The notes under the pieces were generated by a model. It did no database searches. It worked only from the letters and a program-made list of their open reading frames with translations, and was not told the origin of the DNA. A stretch of 64,000 nt of DNA from an uncultured Candidatus Rokubacteria bacterium (GTDB taxonomy: Bacteria; Methylomirabilota; Methylomirabilia; Rokubacteriales; CSP1-6): assembly GCA_963747235.1 (NCBI GenBank), contig CAVVEU010000024.1, forward strand, positions 192,001-256,000. Direction: 5' to 3'. This document shows positions 10,651 to 20,818 of this stretch, piece after piece. The translations under genes were made by a program, and so were the position numbers. Each line of letters opens with the position of its first letter. Positions within the stretch are counted from its first letter, which is position 1.

Positions 10651-11943
10651 GCGACCGCCCGACCGGCTTCCTCGGGCCTCTCCCACCTCGGGATCATCTC
10701 GAGCGTCGGCTGGGCCTCGCTCGGATCGCGGTGGTCGCGGTCGACCTCGATCGTGGGCCGGTCGAGTGGCTCCGCCGGGGCGCGCTGCCGGTGCACGAGC
10801 CCGCGCTCCCGGAGCTCTTCGCGGCGCATCGAGAGCGGATGAGCTTCTCGAGCGATCCCGCCGCGCTGGCCGAGTGCGACCTCGTCATCGTCTCGCGGGA
10901 CATCCCCACGGACGCAGACAACGGGAGCGACGTCTCGGTCGTCGACCGTCTGATCGAAGCCGCCGTCCCGCACCTCCGGCCCGGATCCACCCTGGTCCTG
11001 ATGAGCCAGGTTTCTCCCGGATCCACGCGCGCTCTCGCCGCGCGGATCGATCTCGCCGGCCGGGGGCCGGGATCGCGTGTACTACTGGGTCGAGACGCTC
11101 ATCTTCGGCAACGCGGTGCAGCGGTTCCTCCATCCGGAGCGGATCATCGTGGGCTCCGCCGATCCGTCCCGGCCGCTTCCCGCCGCGCTCGACGAGGGGC
11201 TCCGTCGCTTCGACTGCCCGATCCTGCCGATGGGCTACGAGAGCGCGGAGCTCACCAAGACCGCGATCAACCTCTACCTGTTCGGGGCGGTGACCTACGC
11301 CAACACGCTCTCCGATCTCTGCGAAGCGGTCGGGGCGGACTGGTCCGAGATGGTGCCCGCCCTTCGTCTGGATCGCCGCATCGGACCCGCCGCCTACATC
11401 CGCCCGGGCCTCGGCATGGCGGGAGGGAACCTCGAGCGCGACCTCGTCACGCTTCGTGGGCTCGGGCAGCGCCACGGCGTCGACGTCGCCTACGTCGAGA
11501 CGCTGCTCGCCCACAATACTCGTCGCTATCGCTGGGTCCAGCGCCAGCTCCAGCGATCGCGGTGCTCGATCGCGATGCCCGGGCGGTGGTCGCGGTGTGG
11601 GGCCTCGCCTACAAGAAGAACACGCGGTCGACCAAGAACTCGGTGGCCCTGCGGGTGATCGACGACCTCGGGGCCGCGCCGAGGTGCGCGCGTACGACCC
11701 GCTGGTCAAGGCGCAGACGGCGGACGTGGCGCGCCACCCTGGTGGAAAGCGCGACACCGCCCTCGACGGCGCCGACTGCCTGCTGATCCTCACCGACTGG
11801 GACGAGTTCGCCACGCCGCCTGGGGGCGGGTTCCGAGCGATGCGCCGGCCAGTGGTCATCGATTGCGTCGGGGTGATGGACGCGCCGTCGCCGACTTGCC
11901 GGGCGTCGAGTACGTGGCGATGGGCCGTCCGGGGCGCCGATGA
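10647..11943 (+). CDS. UDP-glucose/GDP-mannose dehydrogenase family protein lacking the catalytic Cys (frameshifted)
   Basis: HEPALPEL, PERIIVG, SAELTKTAIN, RLDRRIG, PGLGMAGGNLERD, WGLAYKKNT, LTDWDEF. Confidence 0.82.
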
Positions 11944-12475
11944 GCCGCCGCGCGGCCTTCCTCGATCGCGACGGCGTGCTGGTCGAGACGTTCGTGCGCG
12001 ACGGCCGCGCGCACGCCGCGGTCACCCTCGCGGAGTTCCGGATCTCCCCGGAGGCGCCCGCGCAGGTCGCACGGCTCAAGGCGGCCGGGTCTGCGGCCGA
12101 TCGTCTTCACCAACCAGCCCGAGGTCGCACGCGGCACACTCACCCCGGAGACGCTCGACCCCATGCACGCTCCTCTGCGCGCGGCCGTCGACGTCGACGA
12201 CATCCTCGTGTGCGTGCACGCCGATGGCGACGACTGCGCGTGCCACAAGCCCCGGCCCGGCATGCTCGAGGCGGCGGCGCGGAACTGGACGCTCGACCTG
12301 CCCGCCTCGTTCGTGGTCGGCGACCGGTGGCGGGACATCGACGCGGGGCGAGCCGTCGGCTGCTACACGGTGCTCATCGACCGCCCTTACAGCGAGTGCG
12401 CGTCGCGGACGCCCGCGTCGCCGATCTGGCCGACGCGGTCGACGTGGTGCTCGCCCGAATAGAGGATCCCAATGA
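11940..12475 (+). CDS. gmhB: HAD-IIIA sugar bisphosphate phosphatase (GmhB-like; frameshifted)
   Basis: AFLDRDGV, TNQP, CACHKPRPGML, VGDRWRD. Confidence 0.8.
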
Positions 12476-13070
12476 ACTTCGTCGCCAAGTACCTCGCCGA
12501 GGCCTCGCAGGTGGCGGCGCGGATCGATCACGCAGCGGTCACGCGCCTGGTCGATCTCTCGCGGAGGCGCGCGACGGCGGCGGCCGGCTGTTCGTCCTCG
12601 GCGTCGGCGGCAGCGCCGGCAACGCCTCCCACGCGGTCAACGACTTCCGGAAGATCGCGGGCTTCGAGGCCTACACGCCCACCGACAACGTCTCCGAGCT
12701 GACCGCCCGCATCAACGACGACGGCTGGGACACCTCGTTCGCCAACTGGCTCAGGGGGAGCCGGCTCGGCCCCCGGGACTGCGTGCTCGTCTTCTCGGTC
12801 GGCGGCGGCGACGCGGAGCGCAAGGTGAGCATCAACCTCGTGCGGGCGCTGGAGTACGCCAAGACGGTGGGGGCCCGCATCGGCGGCATCGTCGGCCGCG
12901 ACGGCGGCTTCACCGCCACGGTCGCCGACGCGTGCGTGATCATCCCCACCGTGAACCCGGAGCGGGTCACCGCGCACACCGAGGCGTTCCAGGCGGTGGT
13001 CTGGCACCTGCTCGTCTCCCACCCCCGCCTCCAGGCCGCGCCGATGCGCTGGGAGAGCCTGACCCGATGA
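12472..13070 (+). CDS. gmhA: SIS-domain phosphosugar isomerase (GmhA-like; frameshifted)
   Basis: GVGGSAGNASHAVND, LTARINDDG, SVGGG, HTEAFQ. Confidence 0.8.
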
Positions 13071-13944
13071 GCGGGATGCCGGCGCGGGTCGTGATCCTGG
13101 GCGCCAGCGGCTTCCTCGGCCGGGCGCTCCACGCCCGGCTCGCGGGCGACGGCGTCGAGGTGGTCGCGCATTCGTCACGGACGCTGGACCTCACGCGGGC
13201 GGATGCCCTGGCCGTCCTCGACGGGGTGGTGGGCCCGGCACCGCGCTCGTGTTCGCGTCCGCCTTGACCCCGGACCGGGGCCAGACCCCCGCCACTCTTC
13301 TTGCCAACACCACGATGGCCGCGAACCTGGCCGCCTATCTCGAGGGGCGTCGCCTCGCCCGCCTCGTCTACGTGGGCTCGGACGCGGCCTACGGCTTCGG
13401 CGAGCCGCCGGTCACCGAGGACACGCCGGTCTCGCCCGCCGGCTACTACGCGATCGGCAAGTACGTGGGGGAGCGGGTGATGGAGAGCGCGGCCCGCGCG
13501 GGCGGCTTTCCGCTGCTGACGCTCCGGGTGACCGGCGTCTACGGCCCCGGCGATCCGCACGCCTCCTACGGGCCCAATGCCTTCGCGCGCTCCCTGGCGC
13601 GTGACCGGACCGTCCGGATCTTCGGGGCGGGGGAGGAAGAGCGCGACCACGTCTACGTCGACGACGCGGCCCGGGTGATCGCGGGCCTGCTCCGGAGCGG
13701 CGCCGACGGCGTCTACAACGTGGCCACCGGGCAGAGCCAGTCGTTCGCGGACGTGGTGAAGACGATTCGCGACCTCGTGCCCTACGAGGTCACGGTGACG
13801 AGCGTGGCGCGGACGGGGCCGATCACGCATCGCCGGTTCGACACCGGCCGCCTGGCCCGCGCGCTGCCCGGCCTGCGCTTCACGCCGATCCGGGACGGCC
13901 TCCGGGCCACCCTCGTCGCCTTTGGAGCGATCGCGAATGGCTGA
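13067..13944 (+). CDS. NAD-dependent epimerase/reductase (SDR) 3 (frameshifted)
   Basis: VILGASGFLG, SDAAYG, YAIGK, VYGPGD, RDHVYVDD. Confidence 0.82.
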
Positions 13945-14589
13945 GGTCGATCTCCTCGACCGCTATCCGCGCGCCACGCGCGACATCGCGGCCCGCGCCG
14001 CCGCGGCCCCGGCCCAGCGCGAGGTGGCGACGCGATTCGCTCGCGAGTACTTCGACGGCGAGCGCGGCCAGGGCTACGGCGGCTACCGCTACGACGGCCG
14101 CTGGGTGCCGATCGCCGAGCGCATGCGCGACCACTACCGGCTGCGGGCCGGCGACCGCGTGCTCGACGTCGGGTGCGCCAAGGGCTTCCTGCTCCACGAC
14201 CTGCGCCGCCTGTCGGGGGGCTGCGCGTCGCGGGCCTCGACATCTCGGCCTACGCGCTGGGCCAGGCGAAGGACGACGTGCGGCCGTTCCTCGCACGCGG
14301 CACGGCGGAGCGGCTGCCGTTCGCGGACAAGGCGTTCGACCTGGTGGTGTCGATCAACACCCTGCACAACCTCGACCGCGCGGACTGCATCCGCGCGCTC
14401 GGCGAGATCGAGCGGGTGAGCCGCCGCCACCGCTACGTCCAGGTCGACTCGTGGCTCGACGAGACGCAGCGCGAGAAGTTCGAGCGCTGGCAGCTGACCG
14501 CGCTCACCTATTCGGATCCGGAGGGCTGGCGGCGCCTGTTCCGCGAGGCCGGCTACACCGGCGACTACTACTGGACCGTGACGGAATGA
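13937..14589 (+). CDS. Class I SAM-dependent methyltransferase (frameshifted)
   Basis: EYFDG..GYGGYRYDGRW, VLDVGCAKGFL, LPFADKAFDLVVSINTLHN. Confidence 0.85.
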
Positions 14590-14614
14590 CGGAGCGGGCC
14601 CGGAGGGAGACATC

Positions 14615-15287
14615 ATGAAGATCTTCGTCGATTCGGCGAACCTGGTGGAGATCGAGGAGGCGCTGGAGCGCGGGTTTCCCGCCGGCATCACCACGAACCC
14701 GTCGATCCTGGCCAAGGAAGAGAAGGCGGACTTCCGAGATCACATCAAGAAGATCATCGAGCTCGTGCAGCGATACGGCTACGACATCCCGCTGAGCGTC
14801 GAGGTCTTCTCGACCCAGCCGGAGGAGATGATCGACCAGGCCGAGGACTTCGTGCGCGAGTTCGGCCACTACCCGAACCTGAACGTCAAGGTGCCGGTCG
14901 GCTGGGACGAGCTGCGCCGTGATCAGCGAGCTCGCCGGCGCGGGCATCCGGGTCAACTGCACCTGCTGCATGACGTATAGCCAGGCGGTCATGGCGGCGG
15001 CGGCGGGCGCCAACTACGTGAGCCTCTTCTACGGTCGCATCCGCGACGTGGGCTACGACGCGGCCTCGGTGGTCCGCTCGGTTCGCGAGACCTTCCGCGA
15101 GCGCGCGGTGCCCTGCGAGATCATCGTGGGCAGCATCCGGCACATCGCGGACATCAGCGAGGCCTTCCAGGCCGGCACCGACATCGTCACGGTGCCCCCG
15201 AAGTTCTTCCGGCCGATGGTCGGCCACCCCAAGACCGACGAAGCGGTGCAGCAGTTCGTGACCGACTTCCAGAAGTGGATGCAGTAG
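14615..15287 (+). CDS. Transaldolase / fructose-6-phosphate aldolase family (frameshifted)
   Basis: IFVDSAN, GITTNPS, VKVP (Schiff-base Lys), YVSLFYGR, GSIR, HPKTD. Confidence 0.87.
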
Positions 15288-15826
15288 ATGAAAGGGCTGG
15301 TCCTCTCCGCGGCGGCCCTGGTGCTCCTGGTGCTCGGGAGCGCGGTCGCGCTCCGCTTCTACCGCGGGAACAAGGAGTTCCGGGTGTTCCTCGGCGCGTT
15401 CGCCGCCGCGGTGGTGCTGTACACCGGGACGTTCTGGCTGCTCCCGCCCGATCTGGGTTTCCTGCCCGCGGGCTGGCGGGAGACGGTCGCGTGGGTGGAC
15501 TTCGGGAACGGCCTCCTGCTCCTGGTCCTGATGTTCCACGGCTACTGGTGCTTCTCCTACTTCGCCTGTCTGAGCCCGTCCATGAGCGTGATGGTGTCGC
15601 TCCGGCTCCGGGGCCGCGAGGGCATGTCGCGCGCCGAGGTCCTCGGCGATTCAGGGCAGCGATCAGCCGGTCAACCTCATCTTCCAGCGCCGGCTGCCCG
15701 AAGCTCCTGCAGGGCGGCTACGTGCGGGAGGAGGCAGGCGCGTACCGGATCCTCGCGCCGGGTGAGCGGGTCGCCGCGCTGGGATCCTTCCTCGAGCGCC
15801 TGATCAACGCCCAGGTGGGCACTTAG
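15288..15826 (+). CDS. Small membrane protein (about 3 TM) with a C-terminal winged-helix-like tail (frameshifted)
   Basis: Hydrophobic N-terminus; PPDLGFL motif shared with the next gene. Confidence 0.6.
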
Positions 15827-15836
15827 GGCCGCCGCG

Positions 15837-16361
15837 GTGCTGAAGGGTCTCGTGCTCTGCGGACTGCTCATCACGACGTGGCTGATCGTGCAGGCCGCGG
15901 TGTTCCATCTCGTGGCGCCCCGGAAGGCGTTCGCCTCGATGCTGGCGGCCTTCGCTCCCATGGTGCCGCTCTACCTCGTGCTCTATCTCATGACCCCGGC
16001 CGATCTGGGATTCCTCTCGCCCGCGTTCGTGGGCGCGGACTGGCGGCTCGGGCTCGTGAACGGGCTCGTGCTCCAGATGTTCCTGTTCCTCACCGCCGGC
16101 TTGTTCTATTCCCACGCGGACCGCTCGATCACCGTCCGGCTGCTGATCGAGCTGGCCCGCGCGCCCCATCAGCGCCTCACGCTCGCCCAGATGCAGGCGG
16201 TGTGCGGGGTGGAGGTGCTCATGGCCGATCGCCTGGAGATCATGCTGGCCAATCGCTTCCTGAGGGCCCAGGGCGACCGCTTCGTGCTCACCCCGAAGGG
16301 CTGGATCGGGGGCAGCATCGGGCTGGCGGCCCGCAAGATCCTCCGCATGAAGGCCCTCTAG
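15837..16361 (+). CDS. Paralogous small membrane protein with a C-terminal winged-helix-like tail
   Basis: PADLGFL..NGL..RSITVRLLIEL..RL..LTPKG. Confidence 0.65.
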   Translation: MLKGLVLCGLLITTWLIVQAAVFHLVAPRKAFASMLAAFAPMVPLYLVLYLMTPADLGFLSPAFVGADWRLGLVNGLVLQMFLFLTAGLFYSHADRSITVRLLIELARAPHQRLTLAQMQAVCGVEVLMADRLEIMLANRFLRAQGDRFVLTPKGWIGGSIGLAARKILRMKAL

Positions 16362-16453
16362 GACACCCAGACCATGGAAACGACTACAGCGGGGGAAACG
16401 ACAAAGTAGGGGAACCGACCGAAGCGGGCCGGAGCGGAGCGGGTCTCGAGGAC

Positions 16454-17452
16454 ATGACGGTAGGCGCGCCCCGGTCCGCCCGGGAAGCGCTCCAATCGGG
16501 CGCGATCAGTCTCGAGGCGCTCCGAGCCGTCCACCGGATGCGCGACGGCCGCAGCGCGCTGGACGTGCTCGGCGCGCTGGCGTCGTTCGTGGCGGTGCCG
16601 GTGGTCTTCGGGCTCTATCCCCGCTGGTGGACCGCCGCGCTCCTGGCGCTCTGGGCGATCCGCAACTTCAACTGCGCGGCGCAGCTCGTCCACGAGAGCG
16701 ACCACGGCACCCTGTTCCACGACCCGCGCCTGAACCAGGGATTCGGCAACCTCTTCGCGTACCTCCTCGGCTACACGCGCGGGGGGCACCGGACCGCGCA
16801 CATGGATCATCACCTCTACCTGAACACCGATCGCGACCCGGACATCATCTTCAGCCAGCCGGAGGCGTCGGCGGCCGCGATCCTGAAGGGCCTGCTCGGC
16901 GATCTCGTCTTCGTCTCCGCGATCAAGCGCCTGCTCCAGTACTCGCAGTCCGACCGCGCCACGTACTCCGTCTCCCCGTGGCGGCGCCTCACGCCGGCCT
17001 ACTTCGTCCGCATGGCCGCCACGATGGTCCCGGTGGCCATCACGCAGCTCGTGCTCCTGGCGCTCTTCACGATGGCGGGCGGGCCCTGGGCCTACCTGCT
17101 CCTGCACGTCCTGCCGATCATGACGCTCTATCCGCTCCAGATCCGGGTCCGCTCGATCGCCGAGCACGGCTTCGAGGCGGGCTACCATCCGGAGTCGCCG
17201 CAGGAGGCGTGGGTGACGCGGACGAGCCGGTTGAACCTGGTCGAGCGATGGATCATCGCGCCCTTCGGCCAGTATCTCCACTATGAGCACCACGTGTTTC
17301 CCAGCATTCCCAACTACAACCTGCCCGAGGTGCATCGTCTCCTCGTGGCCGCGGGGATCCCGGTGCCCACCAATCGGAGCTATTTCGGCTTCCTGTTCCA
17401 GAAGATCCGGGCCGAATGGCGGAGCGGGTCGGCCGGCCGCGAGCGGGCATGA
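16454..17452 (+). CDS. Membrane fatty-acid desaturase/hydroxylase family protein
   Basis: His boxes HESDH, HMDHH, AEHG, HYEHHVFP; RBS GAGGA before the ATG. Confidence 0.88.
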   Translation: MTVGAPRSAREALQSGAISLEALRAVHRMRDGRSALDVLGALASFVAVPVVFGLYPRWWTAALLALWAIRNFNCAAQLVHESDHGTLFHDPRLNQGFGNLFAYLLGYTRGGHRTAHMDHHLYLNTDRDPDIIFSQPEASAAAILKGLLGDLVFVSAIKRLLQYSQSDRATYSVSPWRRLTPAYFVRMAATMVPVAITQLVLLALFTMAGGPWAYLLLHVLPIMTLYPLQIRVRSIAEHGFEAGYHPESPQEAWVTRTSRLNLVERWIIAPFGQYLHYEHHVFPSIPNYNLPEVHRLLVAAGIPVPTNRSYFGFLFQKIRAEWRSGSAGRERA

Positions 17453-18381
17453 ACGCCTCCGTGCGCGACGCGGAGCTGACCGGGGCGGTGTGCGATCTTT
17501 GCCGATCGGACCGGCACGCGGTACCGGTGCTGGAGGCGGGTGACTACGAGTATGGCGTCCCCGGTCGCTTCACGCTCTCCCACTGTACCGCGTGCGACCT
17601 GTACTACCAGACGCCGCGACCGGCCCGCGAGGTGATCCCGAGCTACTACCCGCCGACCTACGCGGTCTACGGGGACGATCCGGTGGTGGGATGGTTGTTC
17701 CGCATCACCTACTGGCTGGACGCGCGGCGGGTGGCGCGCCTCATCGGGCCTCGCGGCCGGGTTCTCGACGTGGGCTGCGGCGCGGGCGGCGCCCTGAACG
17801 CCCTCGCCGGGGTGGGTGAGTGGGACGTCTGCGGTCTCGAGCTCGACGCGGAGGCGGCCCGTCAGGCGGTCCGGCGCGGGTTCAACGTGCGGCAGGGCGA
17901 CCTGGTCGACACCGACTTCCCCCCCGAGTCGTTCGACCTCATTCGCATGGGCCACGTGATCGAGCACGTCCGCGATCCGATCGCGACCCTGCGGCGCGCC
18001 TGGGAGCTTCTCCGGCCGGGAGGCATTCTCTTCGGAGAGACGCCGAACATCGACTGCTGGGATTTCCGGCTCTTCGGGCGCTACTGGGGCGCGCTGCACT
18101 TCCCCCGCCACATCGCGCTCTTCAGCCCCGAAACCATCCGGGCCGCCTGCGAGCAGACCGGATTCGTGGGAACGCGCATCGTCCCCCGGCTGCGCACGGT
18201 GGGGTGGAGCGCGGGCATCCAGAACTGGCTCGCGGACCGGGCGGGGCTCCGGGTTCCGTCGAACGGCCGCGTCCGCTGGTATCCGGCGCTGATCGCACCC
18301 TTCTTGCCGGTCACCATCTTCCAGGCGCTGGTGAGCCGCACCGCCACGATGGCGTTCGTCGCCCGCCGTCCCGAGGCCTAG
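17449..18381 (+). CDS. Class I SAM methyltransferase with an N-terminal CxxC..CxxC domain
   Basis: CDLC/CTAC, VLDVGCGAG, HVIEH, HFPRH. Confidence 0.88.
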   Translation: MNASVRDAELTGAVCDLCRSDRHAVPVLEAGDYEYGVPGRFTLSHCTACDLYYQTPRPAREVIPSYYPPTYAVYGDDPVVGWLFRITYWLDARRVARLIGPRGRVLDVGCGAGGALNALAGVGEWDVCGLELDAEAARQAVRRGFNVRQGDLVDTDFPPESFDLIRMGHVIEHVRDPIATLRRAWELLRPGGILFGETPNIDCWDFRLFGRYWGALHFPRHIALFSPETIRAACEQTGFVGTRIVPRLRTVGWSAGIQNWLADRAGLRVPSNGRVRWYPALIAPFLPVTIFQALVSRTATMAFVARRPEA

Positions 18382-18387
18382 CCCGTC

Positions 18388-19066
18388 ATGGCGCTCCGCT
18401 ACGCGACCGAGCTCGGCGCCTTCGACCGGATCGAACGATCTGGCCTTCCAGGTGCGGCGCCGGATCTTCGAGCGATTCATGCGCGAGTGCGCGCCCGGCC
18501 CCGACGCGCGCGTGGCCGACTTCGGCGTGTCCGGTCATCGCGACCATCCGGTGCACTACTTCTTCGAGAGCCTGTACCCGTACCGGCAGCAGGTCACCGC
18601 GATCGGACGGGCGGCGGAGGAGGCGGGCTGGTTCGAGGAAGCCTTTCCCGGCCTGCGCTTCCTGGAGGCGGATCTCCGGGAGATCCCGCTACCCGACGGG
18701 TACTTCGACTACGGGATCTGCAACGCGGTGGTCGAGCATGGGGGAACGCGCGAGCAGCAGCGGGCTCTCGTCGCGGAGGTCTGTCGCGTGAGCCGGTGCG
18801 TGCTCTTCACCACGCCCAACAAGCGGTTTCCGCTCGAGCTGCACACCTGGCTGCCGCTGCTCCACTGGCTGCCGGATGCGGCGTACCGGGCCAGCCTGCG
18901 CCGCCTCGGTCTCGACTACTTCGCGGAGATCGAGAACCTGAACCTGCTCGACCCGGAAGCGTTCCTGTCGCTTTTCCCGAGATCCCGTCAGAATCGCCTG
19001 CTGAAGTCCGGTCTCCCGCTCCTGCGCTCGAATCTCGTCTGCCTTTCCCGCGCCGGCGGACGCTAG
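18388..19066 (+). CDS. SAM methyltransferase domain protein (indel near the 5' end)
   Basis: VADFGV, CNAVVEHGG, TTPNKRFPLELHTWLPLLHWLP. Confidence 0.78.
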
Positions 19067-19082
19067 CGCCCGGTCCGCTCGG

Positions 19083-20818
19083 TCACGGCACGACGCGCTT
19101 GAGCACCAGGCGCGCCCCGTCCATCCCCATCTCGTAGGGCACTCGGTCCGGCAGGGCCTGCATGAGCGCTCGGTTCCGGTCCGCGTCGAGGAAGTTGACG
19201 AAGAGGACCCGGTCGCTGAAATCGGGGCGATTGTTCCGGCGGTAGTAGGCCCAGGTGTAGGGCGGCACCGCGGTTCCCGGCAGGCTGTGGACGAAGACGA
19301 TGGCCCGCTCCGGCACCTCGAGCTCCACCAGGTCGTAGGGGGCGTTCACCAGATCGGCGCTGGCCCGCAGGGAGCCGGCGTAGACCGGCAGAAGGTGATC
19401 ACCGCACAGAGGGTCGCGACCAGCGGAAGCGAGGCCACGAACGCGGGCATGCGCGCGGGGGCTCCCGCGCGGCGGCTCAGCTCGATCAGCCGCACGAAGC
19501 CGCTGGCGGACAGGAGCACCAGCGGCGCGGCGAGCTCGGCGTAGTGCGCCGGGCCCGTGCTGCTGATGCTGGCCGCCGAGATGCCGGCGTAGAGGAGGAG
19601 CACCCCCGCGCAGCTCGCGAACAGGCGAAGCCCGCCGGGGAGGCGATGGAAGAAGGCCGCGAGCACCAGCGACACCGGCCATCCGAAGAGCCAGAAGTTG
19701 AAGCGGGCGAGCGTGTGGCCGAGCTCGTGGATCGACGGGAGCGGCGCCGGAGCCTTGACCGCCTGCCCGACGAGCCCCCAGTTGCGAAGGCGGCTGAAGG
19801 TCTGGTAGCCGCTCTCGAACGCGGAGCCGGAGAGCGCGTGCTGGTAGTCGAGGAGGAGGAGCCCCGCCCCGATCACCACCAGAGCGGAGGCGCCGGCTCC
19901 CAGGAGCGCTCGCGGAGAGCGCGTCGCCCACAGACGCATCGCGAGCCAGATCAGCCAGGGCGCCGCGAAGACCGGCGCGGAGAAGGGCCGGGTCAGGGTC
20001 GCCCAGCCCAGGGCGGCGCCCGCGAGGAGCCACCAGCGGAGCGCGCGCGGATCCTCGTGGGCGCGCAGCGCGGCGTAGACGAACGCCATGAGCAGCACCG
20101 CGACCGTCGAATGGGCGAGCAGCGTGGCGGACGAGAACACGAAGTACGGGGAGATCAGGAGCATCGGCAGGGCCAGTAGCGCGGTCCGCTGGCCGAAGAG
20201 GCGTCGCGCGATGGCGAACGCGAGCAGCACCGTCACGGTGGCCGATACCGTGGTCACCCAGTGGAGCAGTCCGAGCCATTCCCCGATCGCGAGTGCGGCG
20301 GGGTGCCCGGGGAAGTAGATCCCGTACATCTTCCCGCCGTTGATGATGAGGAACTGGTTCTCGAAGAACGCGCGGAGCGCGTCGGGCGGGGCCGGCACCA
20401 GGATCTTCCCGGACGCGAACATCTGGGCCATGAAGAGGTAGGCGTTCTCGTCATCGCTGATCGCCGCGTCCTTCAGGACCATGAGGCGGGTCAGCGTGGT
20501 GAGGAGGAACGTGCCCGAGCACGCGCCGAAGACGAGGGCGCGAACCTCGCGGGGGTTCAGGGAATCGAGGCGCTCGATGGCATCCAGGATCCGCGGGCCG
20601 GCCGCGTCGCGGACCGCGAACGTGAGGAGCACGATGGCGGGGATGCCGAAGAGGAGATAGTGCAGGAGAAAGGCCAGCTCCCCGGGGAACCATCCGTGCC
20701 GGCCATACCAGATCTGGTAGTTCGCGAAGTTGAGACCGGCGATCCAGATCTCGGCGATACAGAGGAGGCCGGTCAGGCCGAGGAGCAGGCTCTTCACCCG
20801 CGGGGTCACGGAGCTCAC
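19083..20818 (-). CDS. ArnT/PMT-like GT-C membrane glycosyltransferase (indel near 19385)
   Basis: About 12 TM segments; ISDDENAY acidic loop, YFPGHP, TRPF; periplasmic C-terminal tail in the 19083 frame. Confidence 0.75.
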
